From contig OZ241994.1 of the NCBI GenBank assembly GCA_965204525.1, positions 2,791,732 through 2,855,731 on the forward strand: a DNA stretch of 64,000 bases, in the 5' to 3' direction. The position numbers and the translations under genes were made by a program. Below are positions 9,075-18,493 of the stretch, piece by piece (within the stretch, counting starts at the first letter, position 1; the number at the start of each line of letters is the position of its first letter). The stretch is from Caldilineaceae bacterium. GTDB taxonomy: Bacteria; Chloroflexota; Anaerolineae; Caldilineales; Caldilineaceae. The notes beneath the pieces were generated by a model. That model saw nothing but the letters and a program-made list of their open reading frames with translations, searched no databases and was not told the origin of the DNA.

Positions 9075-9698
9075 TCACCCAAAACCTAAATTGAAATCTG
9101 TCGCAAAGGTAGGTTGAATAGTGACGCCTATCACGAGTTTAACATAGTTATCATAGGGCATATCAGACAGAAGGGTATCGCTCTTAACTGAGAAGGAAGT
9201 AATGTACTTATCGTCTTCAAGCAAACAGAAAAACGGCTTCTCATCGGGGTCTGGACATCCCACTTTCTGCAATTCGGAGCATGTTGGCATCCTGAGGGCG
9301 TCAATCAGCGTTTTCAACCTATTGTCGAGATCACCTTTGAAAGAACCGATTGGATCTTCCCTGAGAAAGAGGAAATCAAGCGAACACTGCAGATGGAACC
9401 TCTGACAGACTAGCGGAACGAACCGATATCCGCACCTTGAGAAGTCTTCGGCTTCGGAGATAACGTCCTTGAGCATCCTCCCTTCGCCTTCTGGTCCAAA
9501 CCCGAAATATCTCGCCAACGGGCGCACACTTATTTCTTGATAAGTACCGTACACCTTATACGTGGAAAGAAGCTCATGAGTATCCCACAGCCGTTTCAGC
9601 TGTGGATGAAATTGCTTCCGTATTGAGTGCTTGTGTTTGGCGATGCTGGTGCTTTTGCCCGACTTCAGTTGTCCTTCATATGTTAGACGAAAACGCAA
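9075..9698 (-). CDS. RusA-like (Holliday-junction-resolvase fold) protein with insertions
   Basis: 207 aa. TTG start at 9698 preceded by GAGGAG 7 nt upstream. GDLDNRLKTLIDAL ... LLEDDKYI reproduces the RusA catalytic D-x-D-N-x-x-K...DAL...DD pattern (E. coli RusA: RRDLDNLQKAAFDAL...WLDDAQV). Confidence 0.55.
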   Translation of the reverse strand: MRFRLTYEGQLKSGKSTSIAKHKHSIRKQFHPQLKRLWDTHELLSTYKVYGTYQEISVRPLARYFGFGPEGEGRMLKDVISEAEDFSRCGYRFVPLVCQRFHLQCSLDFLFLREDPIGSFKGDLDNRLKTLIDALRMPTCSELQKVGCPDPDEKPFFCLLEDDKYITSFSVKSDTLLSDMPYDNYVKLVIGVTIQPTFATDFNLGFG

Positions 9699-9769
9699 CT
9701 TCTTCTCCTCGTTTATTAAGAGCGAAACTGTCTCAATACTCTCCGGTCTGACTCTGCGATACAGTACGA

Positions 9770-12667
9770 TTAGACCACCAGCTTTGCACCCTTCGGCCGC
9801 TTCTTCCCGCCGTGCACAGACGGCTCAGCGCACCACTTGGCGGAGAGGCGGCGGACAGCCTCGTAGACATCCTCGCCGAAGCCCAGGAGATCGCAGACCA
9901 GGCGCCGATCAAGGATGGCGCGGTTGGGGTCGACGTCGGCAAGGTAGACGGGCTTGAACTCTTTTTCCCGGAACTCATCGAAAACTTTCTCAGCCCTATT
10001 CAATTGCTTGTGAGTAAGGACTCTGAAATCCAGAACGCAGAGCGAATCAAGCCCAGAAACAGTAATCCTTCCTCGGCCCGCCATTTGGCGACTAGAGTGC
10101 CACCAAAAACATATTAGTCCCAAAGTGCTATTCCCCCACACAGCGAAAGCATAGTCAAACTGTTTGTCGTTAAAACTCACATTCGGCCAAGCTGTTCCGC
10201 CAATACTCACTTGCTCGGTGAAGGCTACTGTCAGTGGTTGAGAGTTGAAGCGAAAGTCACGATTTACATGGGAACGGCTTGCCGTAGCCCATGCTTCAGA
10301 TGCCTTGTTTTCCATTCCCGGCTTTACCAATAGCTGGGAATCCGGCTGACATACTATACGCGTTTCCAGTTTAGCGGTGTGATTCCACAATGCAGGAAAG
10401 GTTGCAGTTGGACTAGCCGGCGCTTTTGTAAATGGGGCTTTGGAACCCGTGATATTCATGTCATGCCATCCACGCTTACCGACGTCTGATAGAGCCGCAA
10501 CGTTTAGTTCCACGAAGGAGGTCAAGCTAGGTAGCCACAATCTCGACTTAGTCAAGGCATAGGCGGTTTGGGCCACGGAACAATCCGACAGGCGCACTGC
10601 GCCCCAGTTGTCCTTACTTTGGGGCGTGTCAATTGCTTCGCCAGCCGTCTCCGATCCTATCATCAAGGGAGTACCGCCATACGGACCATCCTCTAAACCT
10701 CTAATACTGTTGTTATCGAGAATCCACTTTGCCAAGGAACTTGCGTGGGCGAATCCTTGTGGCCTGCGCCGAAGTGATGAAAAGCGCGCGCGGCCATCGG
10801 GCGAGTCGCTCGGCGTGACTTTGCGGGCTATGACGAGGCACTCTGCCATACCGGTGTCTGCCGAGAAGGACAGACCTTCGTTTTCCGCGGCCGATAGGCT
10901 GAGAACGATCGGTCTCACATATTCGCGAGCAATCATCTCTCGGAACTTCTGCCACGATTGTCCAGCCGCGGTGGATAGAGGAAGCACAAGAGCCAGGACA
11001 CCACCAGGCTTGAGCTTTGTGTGGGCCAACGCCGCAAACGCAGAGGCAATGCCAGCGTAGCCATGATAGCAGGTATCGTTTGTGTACTGTTTCAGACTCT
11101 TTGCCATTTCCTTTTGAGTAACTAACCCGGTACCCAACCCTTTGAAGTGCTTAATGGAATCCTCGTCTCTGTCGCTGCCTTCCCAATCTGAACCGGGCCT
11201 GGTAAAGGGAGGATTCATTATCACCAGGTCAAAGCTGTTGTCGGGTATCTCGGTGCGTATCTGGGCCGCCGTCTCTTCTCCTGCGCTGCCGGTTCGTAGG
11301 GCAGGATCACTGGTGTTGAAGAGGGTCATCACGTTGGAAGACTGGAGTAGTTCGAGCGACCCTATCATCACGCCTCCGTCTTTCTGACGGCCATAGGGCA
11401 TGGTGTAGAGGCGGGAATTGGTAAAGCCGACCGCGGGTTCGACGCCTGAGAGGGTGGAGCCAGTGATGTGGATAGCCGATGGCATGACGTCGCAACCGTA
11501 GAGAACCTCCTCCATCATCACTTTGTGCAGCTTGCTGCCGTCGCCGCCGGCGCGCTCGTGGCGGGCGGCGATCTGTTCGTACACAGCGGAAAGCAGGGCG
11601 CCGGTGCCACAGGCAAAGTCTCCGATTCGCAGCTTGCCGACGGCCTCGGCATTCGACCAATCGACGCCTTCCAACTTGGCGACGGCGATCCGGGCCAGCA
11701 GCGCGGCGGAGGCAGGGAGCGTATAAAAGGTGGCCAGGAATTTGCGGTCGGCGATGAGCCGCTGGAAGATGCGACCGGTGAGGTCGTGGGCATTTTCGAC
11801 GCCGGTTGCATTGACGGCCTGGGCGGTGTTACGCAACCGGTGCAGGATCCTGGCGGCGTCGGCGGAGTCGAAGTGCCCCAGTATATCCTTGGCGATGGCG
11901 AATATGGGCCAGTAGTTGATGTTCAGGATGGCGGTCCATGCCGCCAGTACCTCGCCCTGCGGGTTGTCTACATTGTCGCCACAGGCAAGCGCGAGGGATT
12001 TGATGCGGGCGTGCATGCCGGCAATCTGATCGTGGAATACGAGGGCGTTGGCGATGATGGCGCAGGCCATACGGCGGGTCTGGCGTACGTTGGCCATTCC
12101 AAGCAGATTGGCTATGGCCGCTGTAATGCCAGGGCGGGTCTGGTCCAGTTCGTCCAGGAGTTTGGCTGCGCCGTCGATGCCCTCTTGCAGCGTGGTGGTT
12201 GCCTTGTCGACGGCGTGCTGTGGAACTGAGACCAGGCGAACCATGTCGGCCAGGTCTTCAACTGAACCGTCGAGCCAGCCGGACTCAGGGAAACGGCTGG
12301 GGCCGCCGTTTTCAGTGAAGACGCAGTATGACAGACGGGCATCAGAGAGGACAGCGGAGAGATCCTGCGCCTCGCCTACTTCGTCCGGGTAGCGGAGGGC
12401 GATGGCGGCCTCAATGACACGTTGGTTGGCGGCGGTCTCGAGCCCAAGGCGTTCCTTTGCTTCCGCTTCGACGCTGGTGGCGGGCATGTACTCGGCCTCG
12501 ATCACAACGGGTGCGCGGCCGGCTGCTGTGATCAGGATGTCGGGCCTCAGGCCTGGGTGTCTGTAAATGGCTTGCGTGTTTTCGGAACGCACGTCACTAC
12601 GTGGCAGCACGTCCTGAAGCAGACCGCCCATTGCATTATTTACGCTCGGTTCTGTCTGGTGCGGCAT
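9770..12667 (-). CDS. Large gamma-class N6-adenine DNA methyltransferase (type IIG/IIL-like architecture, ~965 aa)
   Basis: SAM motif I DFACGTGALL precedes catalytic motif IV LVIMNPPF. The N-terminal region has a PD...IEAE nuclease-like motif, and a ~350-aa C-terminal region could be a target-recognition module. Start is uncertain: ATG 12667 (MPHQTEP) is preferred over the track start 12766. Confidence 0.8.
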   Translation of the reverse strand: MPHQTEPSVNNAMGGLLQDVLPRSDVRSENTQAIYRHPGLRPDILITAAGRAPVVIEAEYMPATSVEAEAKERLGLETAANQRVIEAAIALRYPDEVGEAQDLSAVLSDARLSYCVFTENGGPSRFPESGWLDGSVEDLADMVRLVSVPQHAVDKATTTLQEGIDGAAKLLDELDQTRPGITAAIANLLGMANVRQTRRMACAIIANALVFHDQIAGMHARIKSLALACGDNVDNPQGEVLAAWTAILNINYWPIFAIAKDILGHFDSADAARILHRLRNTAQAVNATGVENAHDLTGRIFQRLIADRKFLATFYTLPASAALLARIAVAKLEGVDWSNAEAVGKLRIGDFACGTGALLSAVYEQIAARHERAGGDGSKLHKVMMEEVLYGCDVMPSAIHITGSTLSGVEPAVGFTNSRLYTMPYGRQKDGGVMIGSLELLQSSNVMTLFNTSDPALRTGSAGEETAAQIRTEIPDNSFDLVIMNPPFTRPGSDWEGSDRDEDSIKHFKGLGTGLVTQKEMAKSLKQYTNDTCYHGYAGIASAFAALAHTKLKPGGVLALVLPLSTAAGQSWQKFREMIAREYVRPIVLSLSAAENEGLSFSADTGMAECLVIARKVTPSDSPDGRARFSSLRRRPQGFAHASSLAKWILDNNSIRGLEDGPYGGTPLMIGSETAGEAIDTPQSKDNWGAVRLSDCSVAQTAYALTKSRLWLPSLTSFVELNVAALSDVGKRGWHDMNITGSKAPFTKAPASPTATFPALWNHTAKLETRIVCQPDSQLLVKPGMENKASEAWATASRSHVNRDFRFNSQPLTVAFTEQVSIGGTAWPNVSFNDKQFDYAFAVWGNSTLGLICFWWHSSRQMAGRGRITVSGLDSLCVLDFRVLTHKQLNRAEKVFDEFREKEFKPVYLADVDPNRAILDRRLVCDLLGFGEDVYEAVRRLSAKWCAEPSVHGGKKRPKGAKLVV

Positions 12668-12851
12668 ACTGTTCCGTTTCCCTTTCAACGGTTGACCGAC
12701 GCGTGGATGGGACTTTCGGTGCGGCTGAATTCCCGTCAATCTACCACTTTGCAGAGGACGGGCCAAAACCTGCTGAATCTGCGACCGCTTTGCCTGTGGC
12801 GCCGCGCTATGCTATCGTTGACCGCAAAAATTCATGCATTGAAAGGATGGG

Positions 12852-13925
12852 ATGATGACGACGTTATTTGGACGCGAATATAGCCGGCGGGAGTTGTTGG
12901 ACAAGGTCGGGGATATGTCCCAGCTGGCAGGAGCGCGCAAGGCCGAGCTGGTGGAGGGCATCGAGCGGGGGTCGGACCTGATCGAGGTCTTCAACGCCTC
13001 GGGGCTGTGCTTTTCGGTGTTGCCGGGGCGGTCGCTGGACATTGCGTCGGCGCACTATAAGGGGATGTCGCTCTGTTTTCGCAGCAGTACGGGCGACGTC
13101 GGGCCGGCGTTCTATGAGCCGGAGGGAAACGGCTGGCTTCGGGGCTTTTTCGGCGGGCTCACTGTGAGCTGCGGGATGACGTTTACGGGGCATCCGGAGG
13201 TGGACCCGGAGGAGGAGAACGAGGAGCTGGGGCTGCACGGACGGCTGGCGTTTCTGCCGGCGAAGAATGTGGTGGCGAACGCGGGCTGGGAAGGCGAGCA
13301 GTACGTGGTGCGCATCCACGGCAAGATGCGGGAGGCGGTGGTCTTCGGCACGAACCTAGAGCTGACGCGGGAGATCTCGACGGTGCTGGGCGAGAAATCG
13401 GTCCGCATTTACGACCGCATCGAGAACTTGAGCGTGGACCCTTCGCCGCTGATGTTCGTGTATCACTGCAATCCCGGCTTCCCGGTGCTGGACAGCGGGA
13501 CGCGGCTGCTGATCAACAGCGAGAAGACGACGGAATGGCTGGAGGATAAGGAGGTGGGGCCGGACGTGTACCAGGTGGCGAAGGCGCCAAGTGATGACGA
13601 CCGCGACGATGTCTTTGTGCACAGGCCGGTCGCGGATGCGGACGGGAATGTGCATGTCGGGCTGGTCAACGATGGGTTGGGGCTGGGGCTGTATTGGAAG
13701 TTCCCGATCGCGGAGATTCCGCTGGTGAACCAGTGGCAGCATTTCCATCGCGGCACGTATGTGACAGGTGTGGAGCCGGGGAATGTGAGTATGCTGGGGC
13801 GGGCGTGGAACCGCAGGGAGGGTTATCTCAGCTACATTCAGCCGGGTGAGGTTAGGGAGTTTCATCTGGAGATCGGCGTGCTGGATGGTGCGGATGAGAT
13901 TGGCGAATTTGAACGGCGGTTTTGA
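12852..13925 (+). CDS. Aldose-1-epimerase-like protein (DUF4432 type)
   Basis: 357 aa. ELVEGIERGSDLIEVFNASGL.FSVLPGRSLDI..AHYKG ... GLHGRLAFLPA matches the galactose-mutarotase-like DUF4432 layout. Confidence 0.7.
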   Translation: MMTTLFGREYSRRELLDKVGDMSQLAGARKAELVEGIERGSDLIEVFNASGLCFSVLPGRSLDIASAHYKGMSLCFRSSTGDVGPAFYEPEGNGWLRGFFGGLTVSCGMTFTGHPEVDPEEENEELGLHGRLAFLPAKNVVANAGWEGEQYVVRIHGKMREAVVFGTNLELTREISTVLGEKSVRIYDRIENLSVDPSPLMFVYHCNPGFPVLDSGTRLLINSEKTTEWLEDKEVGPDVYQVAKAPSDDDRDDVFVHRPVADADGNVHVGLVNDGLGLGLYWKFPIAEIPLVNQWQHFHRGTYVTGVEPGNVSMLGRAWNRREGYLSYIQPGEVREFHLEIGVLDGADEIGEFERRF

Positions 13926-13962
13926 GTAGTCAGTTCTTAGCTTTTAGTGGGCGGCGACTGTC

Positions 13963-14172
13963 GTGAAGTATAAGGGATATACCGCTTGCAGTGACTATAG
14001 TGAAGACGACGGCTGCTTTGTCGGACATATTGCAGGCATCAGTGATATCGTGGGTTTTCACGGTGAGTCCGTTGCAGAACTGCGTGCCGCTTTTGAAGAG
14101 GCGGTCGATGATTACCTTGAAACCTGCAAGCAGCTGGATCGGACCCCTGAAAACCCTGTTCCGGGGTGGTGA
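13963..14172 (+). pseudogene. HicB-family antitoxin, N-terminal domain only (likely truncated relic)
   Basis: GTG start. MKYKGYTA..YSEDDGCFVGHIAGISDIVGFHGESVAELRAAFEEAVDDYLETC is a HicB N-domain. The ORF stops where a C-terminal RHH/HTH domain is expected, no hicA is nearby, and the MFS gene 3' end abuts it. Confidence 0.5.
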
Positions 14173-14198
14173 ACCGTTAGCAGACAACAGAGGCCGGA

Positions 14199-15542
14199 CT
14201 AATCCCTGCTATTCACGCTCTGCCGTTCGATGCGACCCAGGTAGAGGCAGACGGCGAGGAGGAGGAAGGCCATTACATAGTTGATTCCCAGGGCGGTCTG
14301 GAAGCTCCAGATGTCGGAGAAGAGACCGGTCCAGAGGGGCGGGAGCATGGCGCCGGCGATCATGGCGACGTTGAGGATGCCGGTGACGGCGCCGCTGTGC
14401 TGCGGGTAGAGACGCGTGCCGTAGGCGAGCGCGGTGGGGAAGAGGCCGGATAGGGTGAGGCCGGTGAGGAAGATGCCGACCACGAGCGGGGCGGCGGTTG
14501 TGCTGAAGATGACGAGCGGGTAGGTGAGGGCGAGGCCGACGGCCAGGATGAGCAGGGTGGCCGCATAGCCGAGGCGCTCGGCGTAGGCGGCGCAGAGGAA
14601 ACGGCCGGCCGTCAGGGCGATGTAGAAGACTGAGATCGTGGAGAGCGAGTAGAAGGTGGAGAGGCCGACGGACTCCTGCATGAAGAGGGCGACCCAGCCG
14701 AGCAGGCTGAAGGCGACGCCGTTGTAGATAAAGGCGATCAGAAAGAGGGAGAGGAAGCCGGCGTTGCGCAGCATGCCCAAGTTGGCAGAGAGGGCTTTGT
14801 GAAGCTCATCCCAAACTGAAGAAAGGACTGATGCCATGACCCCGCCCTTCGGGGTCTTTTTTTCTTCGGGGTCCAACCCCTGCTCCCGTTCAACTTCCCG
14901 GGTCGCAGTCGCGGCTTCGGGGGATTCAGCGCTCGGCGGGAAGACCACGCGCGTGAGAAGCAGCGCGCCGGCGCCGTAGACGAGCCAGATGAGACCGGTG
15001 GCGGCCATTGCCCAGCGCCAGGGCATGCCCTGCTCGAGGACAACGCCGAAGACAAGGGGGGAGATGGTCGCGCCGGCGGCGTAGACGCCGTGCAGGACGT
15101 TGAGGGCGCGGGCGCGGCTGTCGCGGTTGGCGTCGGCGACCATGGCGTTGATGCCGGTGGTGAGGGAGGCCTGCACGATGCTGATGAGGGCGAAGCCGGC
15201 GAGGAAGAGCAGCCAGACGCGGGCGGCGGCTGTCAGGGCCATGGAGAAGGCGAGCGCGACTGCGGCGATCCAGACCAGTTTGCTGTAGCCGAGACGGTCG
15301 GAGCTGACGCCGGCCAGGAGGTTGCCGAGGATGCCGCCGACCGCGCGGGCCGGGAAGATGAGGCCGATGGCTGTCAGGGTGAGGCCTGTGGCCATGTACT
15401 CGTCGGTGATGAACGGCATGACCGACGGGATCAGGACGGCGGCGGTGCCGATGAAGAGATAGCCGGTGAGGCCGAGCGCGGTCACCGGCAAGGCCGGCGC
15501 GACCGCGTCGGGCGCGGCGACCGCGCGGTTCAGTTTTGCCAT
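14199..15542 (-). CDS. MFS transporter
   Basis: ATG 15542 (MAKLNRAV...). Multi-TM profile and an MFS loop motif (GVSSDRLGYSK). Only a 5-nt gap separates it from the upstream permease gene. Confidence 0.8.
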   Translation of the reverse strand: MAKLNRAVAAPDAVAPALPVTALGLTGYLFIGTAAVLIPSVMPFITDEYMATGLTLTAIGLIFPARAVGGILGNLLAGVSSDRLGYSKLVWIAAVALAFSMALTAAARVWLLFLAGFALISIVQASLTTGINAMVADANRDSRARALNVLHGVYAAGATISPLVFGVVLEQGMPWRWAMAATGLIWLVYGAGALLLTRVVFPPSAESPEAATATREVEREQGLDPEEKKTPKGGVMASVLSSVWDELHKALSANLGMLRNAGFLSLFLIAFIYNGVAFSLLGWVALFMQESVGLSTFYSLSTISVFYIALTAGRFLCAAYAERLGYAATLLILAVGLALTYPLVIFSTTAAPLVVGIFLTGLTLSGLFPTALAYGTRLYPQHSGAVTGILNVAMIAGAMLPPLWTGLFSDIWSFQTALGINYVMAFLLLAVCLYLGRIERQSVNSRD

Positions 15543-15547
15543 GTGGA

Positions 15548-17047
15548 TTACTCTCCGACGCTCTCGTTGGTCAACTGCGTCTCTCGAAACCGGTGGGCGT
15601 GGGTCTCGCCTTGGCCGGTGAGGGAGACGAGATTGTCCTCGACCTGCACGAGATTGCGCGCACGCAGTTGACGCAGTGTACGCTGCATCTTGGCCGGTGT
15701 CCAGCGGAAGTGGCGGTAGAGCGTCGAGGCGGCCAGCTCGTCGCCGGCGGCGGCGCTCCCCTGGTGATGGTGAATGTGGCCGAGGACGACCTGGTGGTCG
15801 AAGCTGCGGCGCTGGTTGCGGTGCCGGATCATGGTGGAGACGAGACCGTACTTGGGCGAAAAAGTCCACGCGGCCAGGAAGAAGAAGAAGGTCATCAGCA
15901 CCATCGAAGCGGAGATGGAGGAGTCCCAGCTTTCGCTGAGACCGAGGCCGAAGAGAGCGTTGAGCCCGGCGAGGATGTCGCTGAGGTTGGCGATGCCGAG
16001 GAGGTTGCCGCGCGCCAGGTCGTAGCCGGTGTAGGCGCCGGCTGCGCCGATGAGCGAGCTGTAGACGAGCATGCGGGGCAGGCGGTCGGTGAGCAGGTAG
16101 GCGGCGGCGGGCGGGATGATGAAGAAGGCGACGACCAGGATGGAGCCGACGGCGTCGAAGGCGCCGACCGCCACGAGGCTGACCAGGACCATCAGCCCGT
16201 AGTGGAGCAGGGTGGGGCGGAAGCCGAGCGCGGCGGCCAGGGTCGGGTCGAAGGTGGAGAGTTTCAGCTCCTTGTAGAAGAGAACGATGGCGAGCAGGGT
16301 GAGAACTGTCATGACGGCCATGACGGTGATCGATTTGGGCCAGAAGACGAGGACCGGCTCCTGTGCTGTGAAGCCGGCCTGCCAGGCCTGGGCGGGGCTG
16401 TACTGGCCGCAGTTGGTGCAGATTTCGGTGAATTCGGCCCGGTCGTCGCGGGGGCTGATGCCCAGATCACGGCAGTTTGTGCACTGGCGCGTCAGTTCGG
16501 CGCGGGGGTCGTCGGGTGTGATGGTCACGGACTCGCAGCCGCTGAGACAGTGGCTGTTGGTGTTGGCCCAGGCAACGCCGATTTCGCCGACCATAACAGA
16601 GTCTTCGTCGAGATGGACGTCGCTGACGACGCGGGAGACGAGGATGACGGCGATGGCGAAGAGGAGGGGGAAGGCGAGACCGAGGGCGGCATCCTGTTTG
16701 ACGAGGCCGGAGCGGTAGATGAGTTCGGTGAGGAGGACCGTGGCCACGCCGGCGGCGGCCGCGCCGACGATGAGCCAGACGGATGAGAGGTCGGGGTGCT
16801 GGCCAAGGACGGAGCCCATGAGGATGAAGGCGACGACGATGCCGAGGAGGACGGTGTGACTGATGGCGTCGCTGGTGAGGGACATGCCGCGCAGGAGCAG
16901 AAATGTGCCCAGCAGGGCGCCGGATACGGCGATCAGGCTGCCGACGATTGTGGCGGTGTGCTGGGGGTTGCGCAGGAAAGCGTTGAGGTCTTCGCGGGCG
17001 ACGAAGTTCAGGAGTAGCTGAATGAGGATCTCTTCGAGGAAAAACAT
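15548..17047 (-). CDS. Metal ABC transporter permease (ABC-3/TroD-ZnuB type) fused to a C-terminal winged-helix domain, with a Cys-rich insertion
   Basis: The core includes LTSDAISHTVLLGIV. The insertion CLSGC...CTNC...CTNC carries an internal duplication. The C-terminus TPAKMQRTLRQLRARNLVQVEDNLVSLTGQG looks like a DtxR/MarR-type wHTH. Confidence 0.8.
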   Translation of the reverse strand: MFFLEEILIQLLLNFVAREDLNAFLRNPQHTATIVGSLIAVSGALLGTFLLLRGMSLTSDAISHTVLLGIVVAFILMGSVLGQHPDLSSVWLIVGAAAAGVATVLLTELIYRSGLVKQDAALGLAFPLLFAIAVILVSRVVSDVHLDEDSVMVGEIGVAWANTNSHCLSGCESVTITPDDPRAELTRQCTNCRDLGISPRDDRAEFTEICTNCGQYSPAQAWQAGFTAQEPVLVFWPKSITVMAVMTVLTLLAIVLFYKELKLSTFDPTLAAALGFRPTLLHYGLMVLVSLVAVGAFDAVGSILVVAFFIIPPAAAYLLTDRLPRMLVYSSLIGAAGAYTGYDLARGNLLGIANLSDILAGLNALFGLGLSESWDSSISASMVLMTFFFFLAAWTFSPKYGLVSTMIRHRNQRRSFDHQVVLGHIHHHQGSAAAGDELAASTLYRHFRWTPAKMQRTLRQLRARNLVQVEDNLVSLTGQGETHAHRFRETQLTNESVGE

Positions 17048-17074
17048 TTGACGGCAGTTTCTGGTTTTTAGTCG

Positions 17075-18493
17075 TTAGTTTTCAGTAACTTCATTGGCCG
17101 GCAGTGACTCTGATGACGGAGTTGTGGCGGCATTGCGGATTGTGTCGAGTTTGTATTCGAGTTTGGCGACGGCTGCGGGGGGCAGAGCGTCGGCGATATC
17201 CTGCTGGCGGTCTTCGGCAACGACGGGCAGGGCAAGGTCGTCGGCGTACTGGCGGTAGACGGACCAGAGCTGGTGGTTGCGGTCGTCGCGGGCCGCGGCT
17301 TCGATGCCGGCGGGCGTGAGCATCCAGGCGCCGTTGCTGCGCTGGGCGTGGCCGCGGGCTTGAAGCTGGCGCAGACCTTCTCTGGCGGTTGCGCCGCGAA
17401 CGCCGACCAGGAAAGGTTCGGGCGCGGGCAGGTCGGCGCGTCCGTGATCGAGTGCGTAGTGGTAGAGGTCCTGCAGCATGGTCTGGGCGGCAAAGAGGCG
17501 GCGGTCGCTGCGCTGGCGCAGGAGAGTCCAGACGAGGCCGCGGCCCGGGGCGAAGCCGAGGGATACGGCCACGAGCAGGAAGGCGACGACGACGATCAGG
17601 GGGCCGGTTGGGATGTCGGCGTCGACGGCGCTGATGATGGCGCCGGCGCCGCCGGCGAATGCGCCGAATACGGCGGAGAGTATGACCATCTGGCCGAGCT
17701 GGTTGGTCCACTGGCGGGCGGCGATGCCGGATGCGATCAGCATGCCGACCATGAGGATGACGCCGGCCAGCTGCAGGCCGAGCACGATGGCGACGACGAT
17801 GAGGGTGGAGAGCAGCAGGCTGAGGAGGTTGACGCGGAAGCCGTTGGCGCCGGCGAATTCGGGATCGAAAGTGATCAGTTTGAACTCTTTCCAGAATAGG
17901 GCGAGAACGATGAAGGAGACGGCGCCGACTGTCGCGATCAGGCGCACGTCGCGCTCGACGATGGCGGCGGCCTGGCCGAAGATGAAGGTGTCGAGGCCGG
18001 CCTGGCTGGCGTCGGGGCGGGCCTGGATGTAGACGAGGAGGGCGATGCCGGCGGCGAACCAGGCGGCGAGCACGATGCCCATGGCCGCGTCCTGCTTGAT
18101 GCGGGTCGTGCCGGTGACGAGGCGGATGAACCAGACGCCGAGCCAGCTGGTCACGCCGGCGCCGATGAGGAGGAGGCCGAGGTCGCGGCCGGCGAGCAGG
18201 AAAGCGATGGCGACGCCGGGCAGGGCGGCGTGGGAGAGGGCGTCGCCGAGCAGGCTCTGGCGGCGCAGGACGGCGAAGCAGCCGAGTACGCCGCTCACGA
18301 TGCCGAGCAGGGCGCCGCCGAGGGCGACGGTGCGCAGGGTGTAGTCGTACTCGACGTGGAGAACGAACTGGCTGAAGGGCACGAAGAGCGCGGCGGCCAG
18401 TGCGGTTGCGGCGATCAGGAGCCAGATGCGTTGATCGGAGCTGCGGGTCTTGGTCATGTTGTCTGTAGTTTTTAATGTAAGTTCAGATCTCAT
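17075..18493 (-). CDS. Metal ABC transporter permease (ABC-3 type) fused to a C-terminal winged-helix domain
   Basis: [20 protein letters not shown] core. C-terminus [36 protein letters not shown] 18493 overlaps the ATPase stop (ATGA). Confidence 0.8.
   Translation of the reverse strand: MRSELTLKTTDNMTKTRSSDQRIWLLIAATALAAALFVPFSQFVLHVEYDYTLRTVALGGALLGIVSGVLGCFAVLRRQSLLGDALSHAALPGVAIAFLLAGRDLGLLLIGAGVTSWLGVWFIRLVTGTTRIKQDAAMGIVLAAWFAAGIALLVYIQARPDASQAGLDTFIFGQAAAIVERDVRLIATVGAVSFIVLALFWKEFKLITFDPEFAGANGFRVNLLSLLLSTLIVVAIVLGLQLAGVILMVGMLIASGIAARQWTNQLGQMVILSAVFGAFAGGAGAIISAVDADIPTGPLIVVVAFLLVAVSLGFAPGRGLVWTLLRQRSDRRLFAAQTMLQDLYHYALDHGRADLPAPEPFLVGVRGATAREGLRQLQARGHAQRSNGAWMLTPAGIEAAARDDRNHQLWSVYRQYADDLALPVVAEDRQQDIADALPPAAVAKLEYKLDTIRNAATTPSSESLPANEVTEN

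Noticed and set aside
15536-16786. Long + strand ORF (416 aa), plus many similar long ORFs antisense to or overlapping real genes. Examples: 374..775, 1019..1582, 3904..4968, 18526..19368, 31620..33035, 38673..40169.
   Set aside because: These are typical high-GC shadow ORFs. Their translations are dominated by Arg/Gly/Ala/Pro/Asp runs with no motifs. Each overlaps a gene on the other strand or frame that has clear family signatures.
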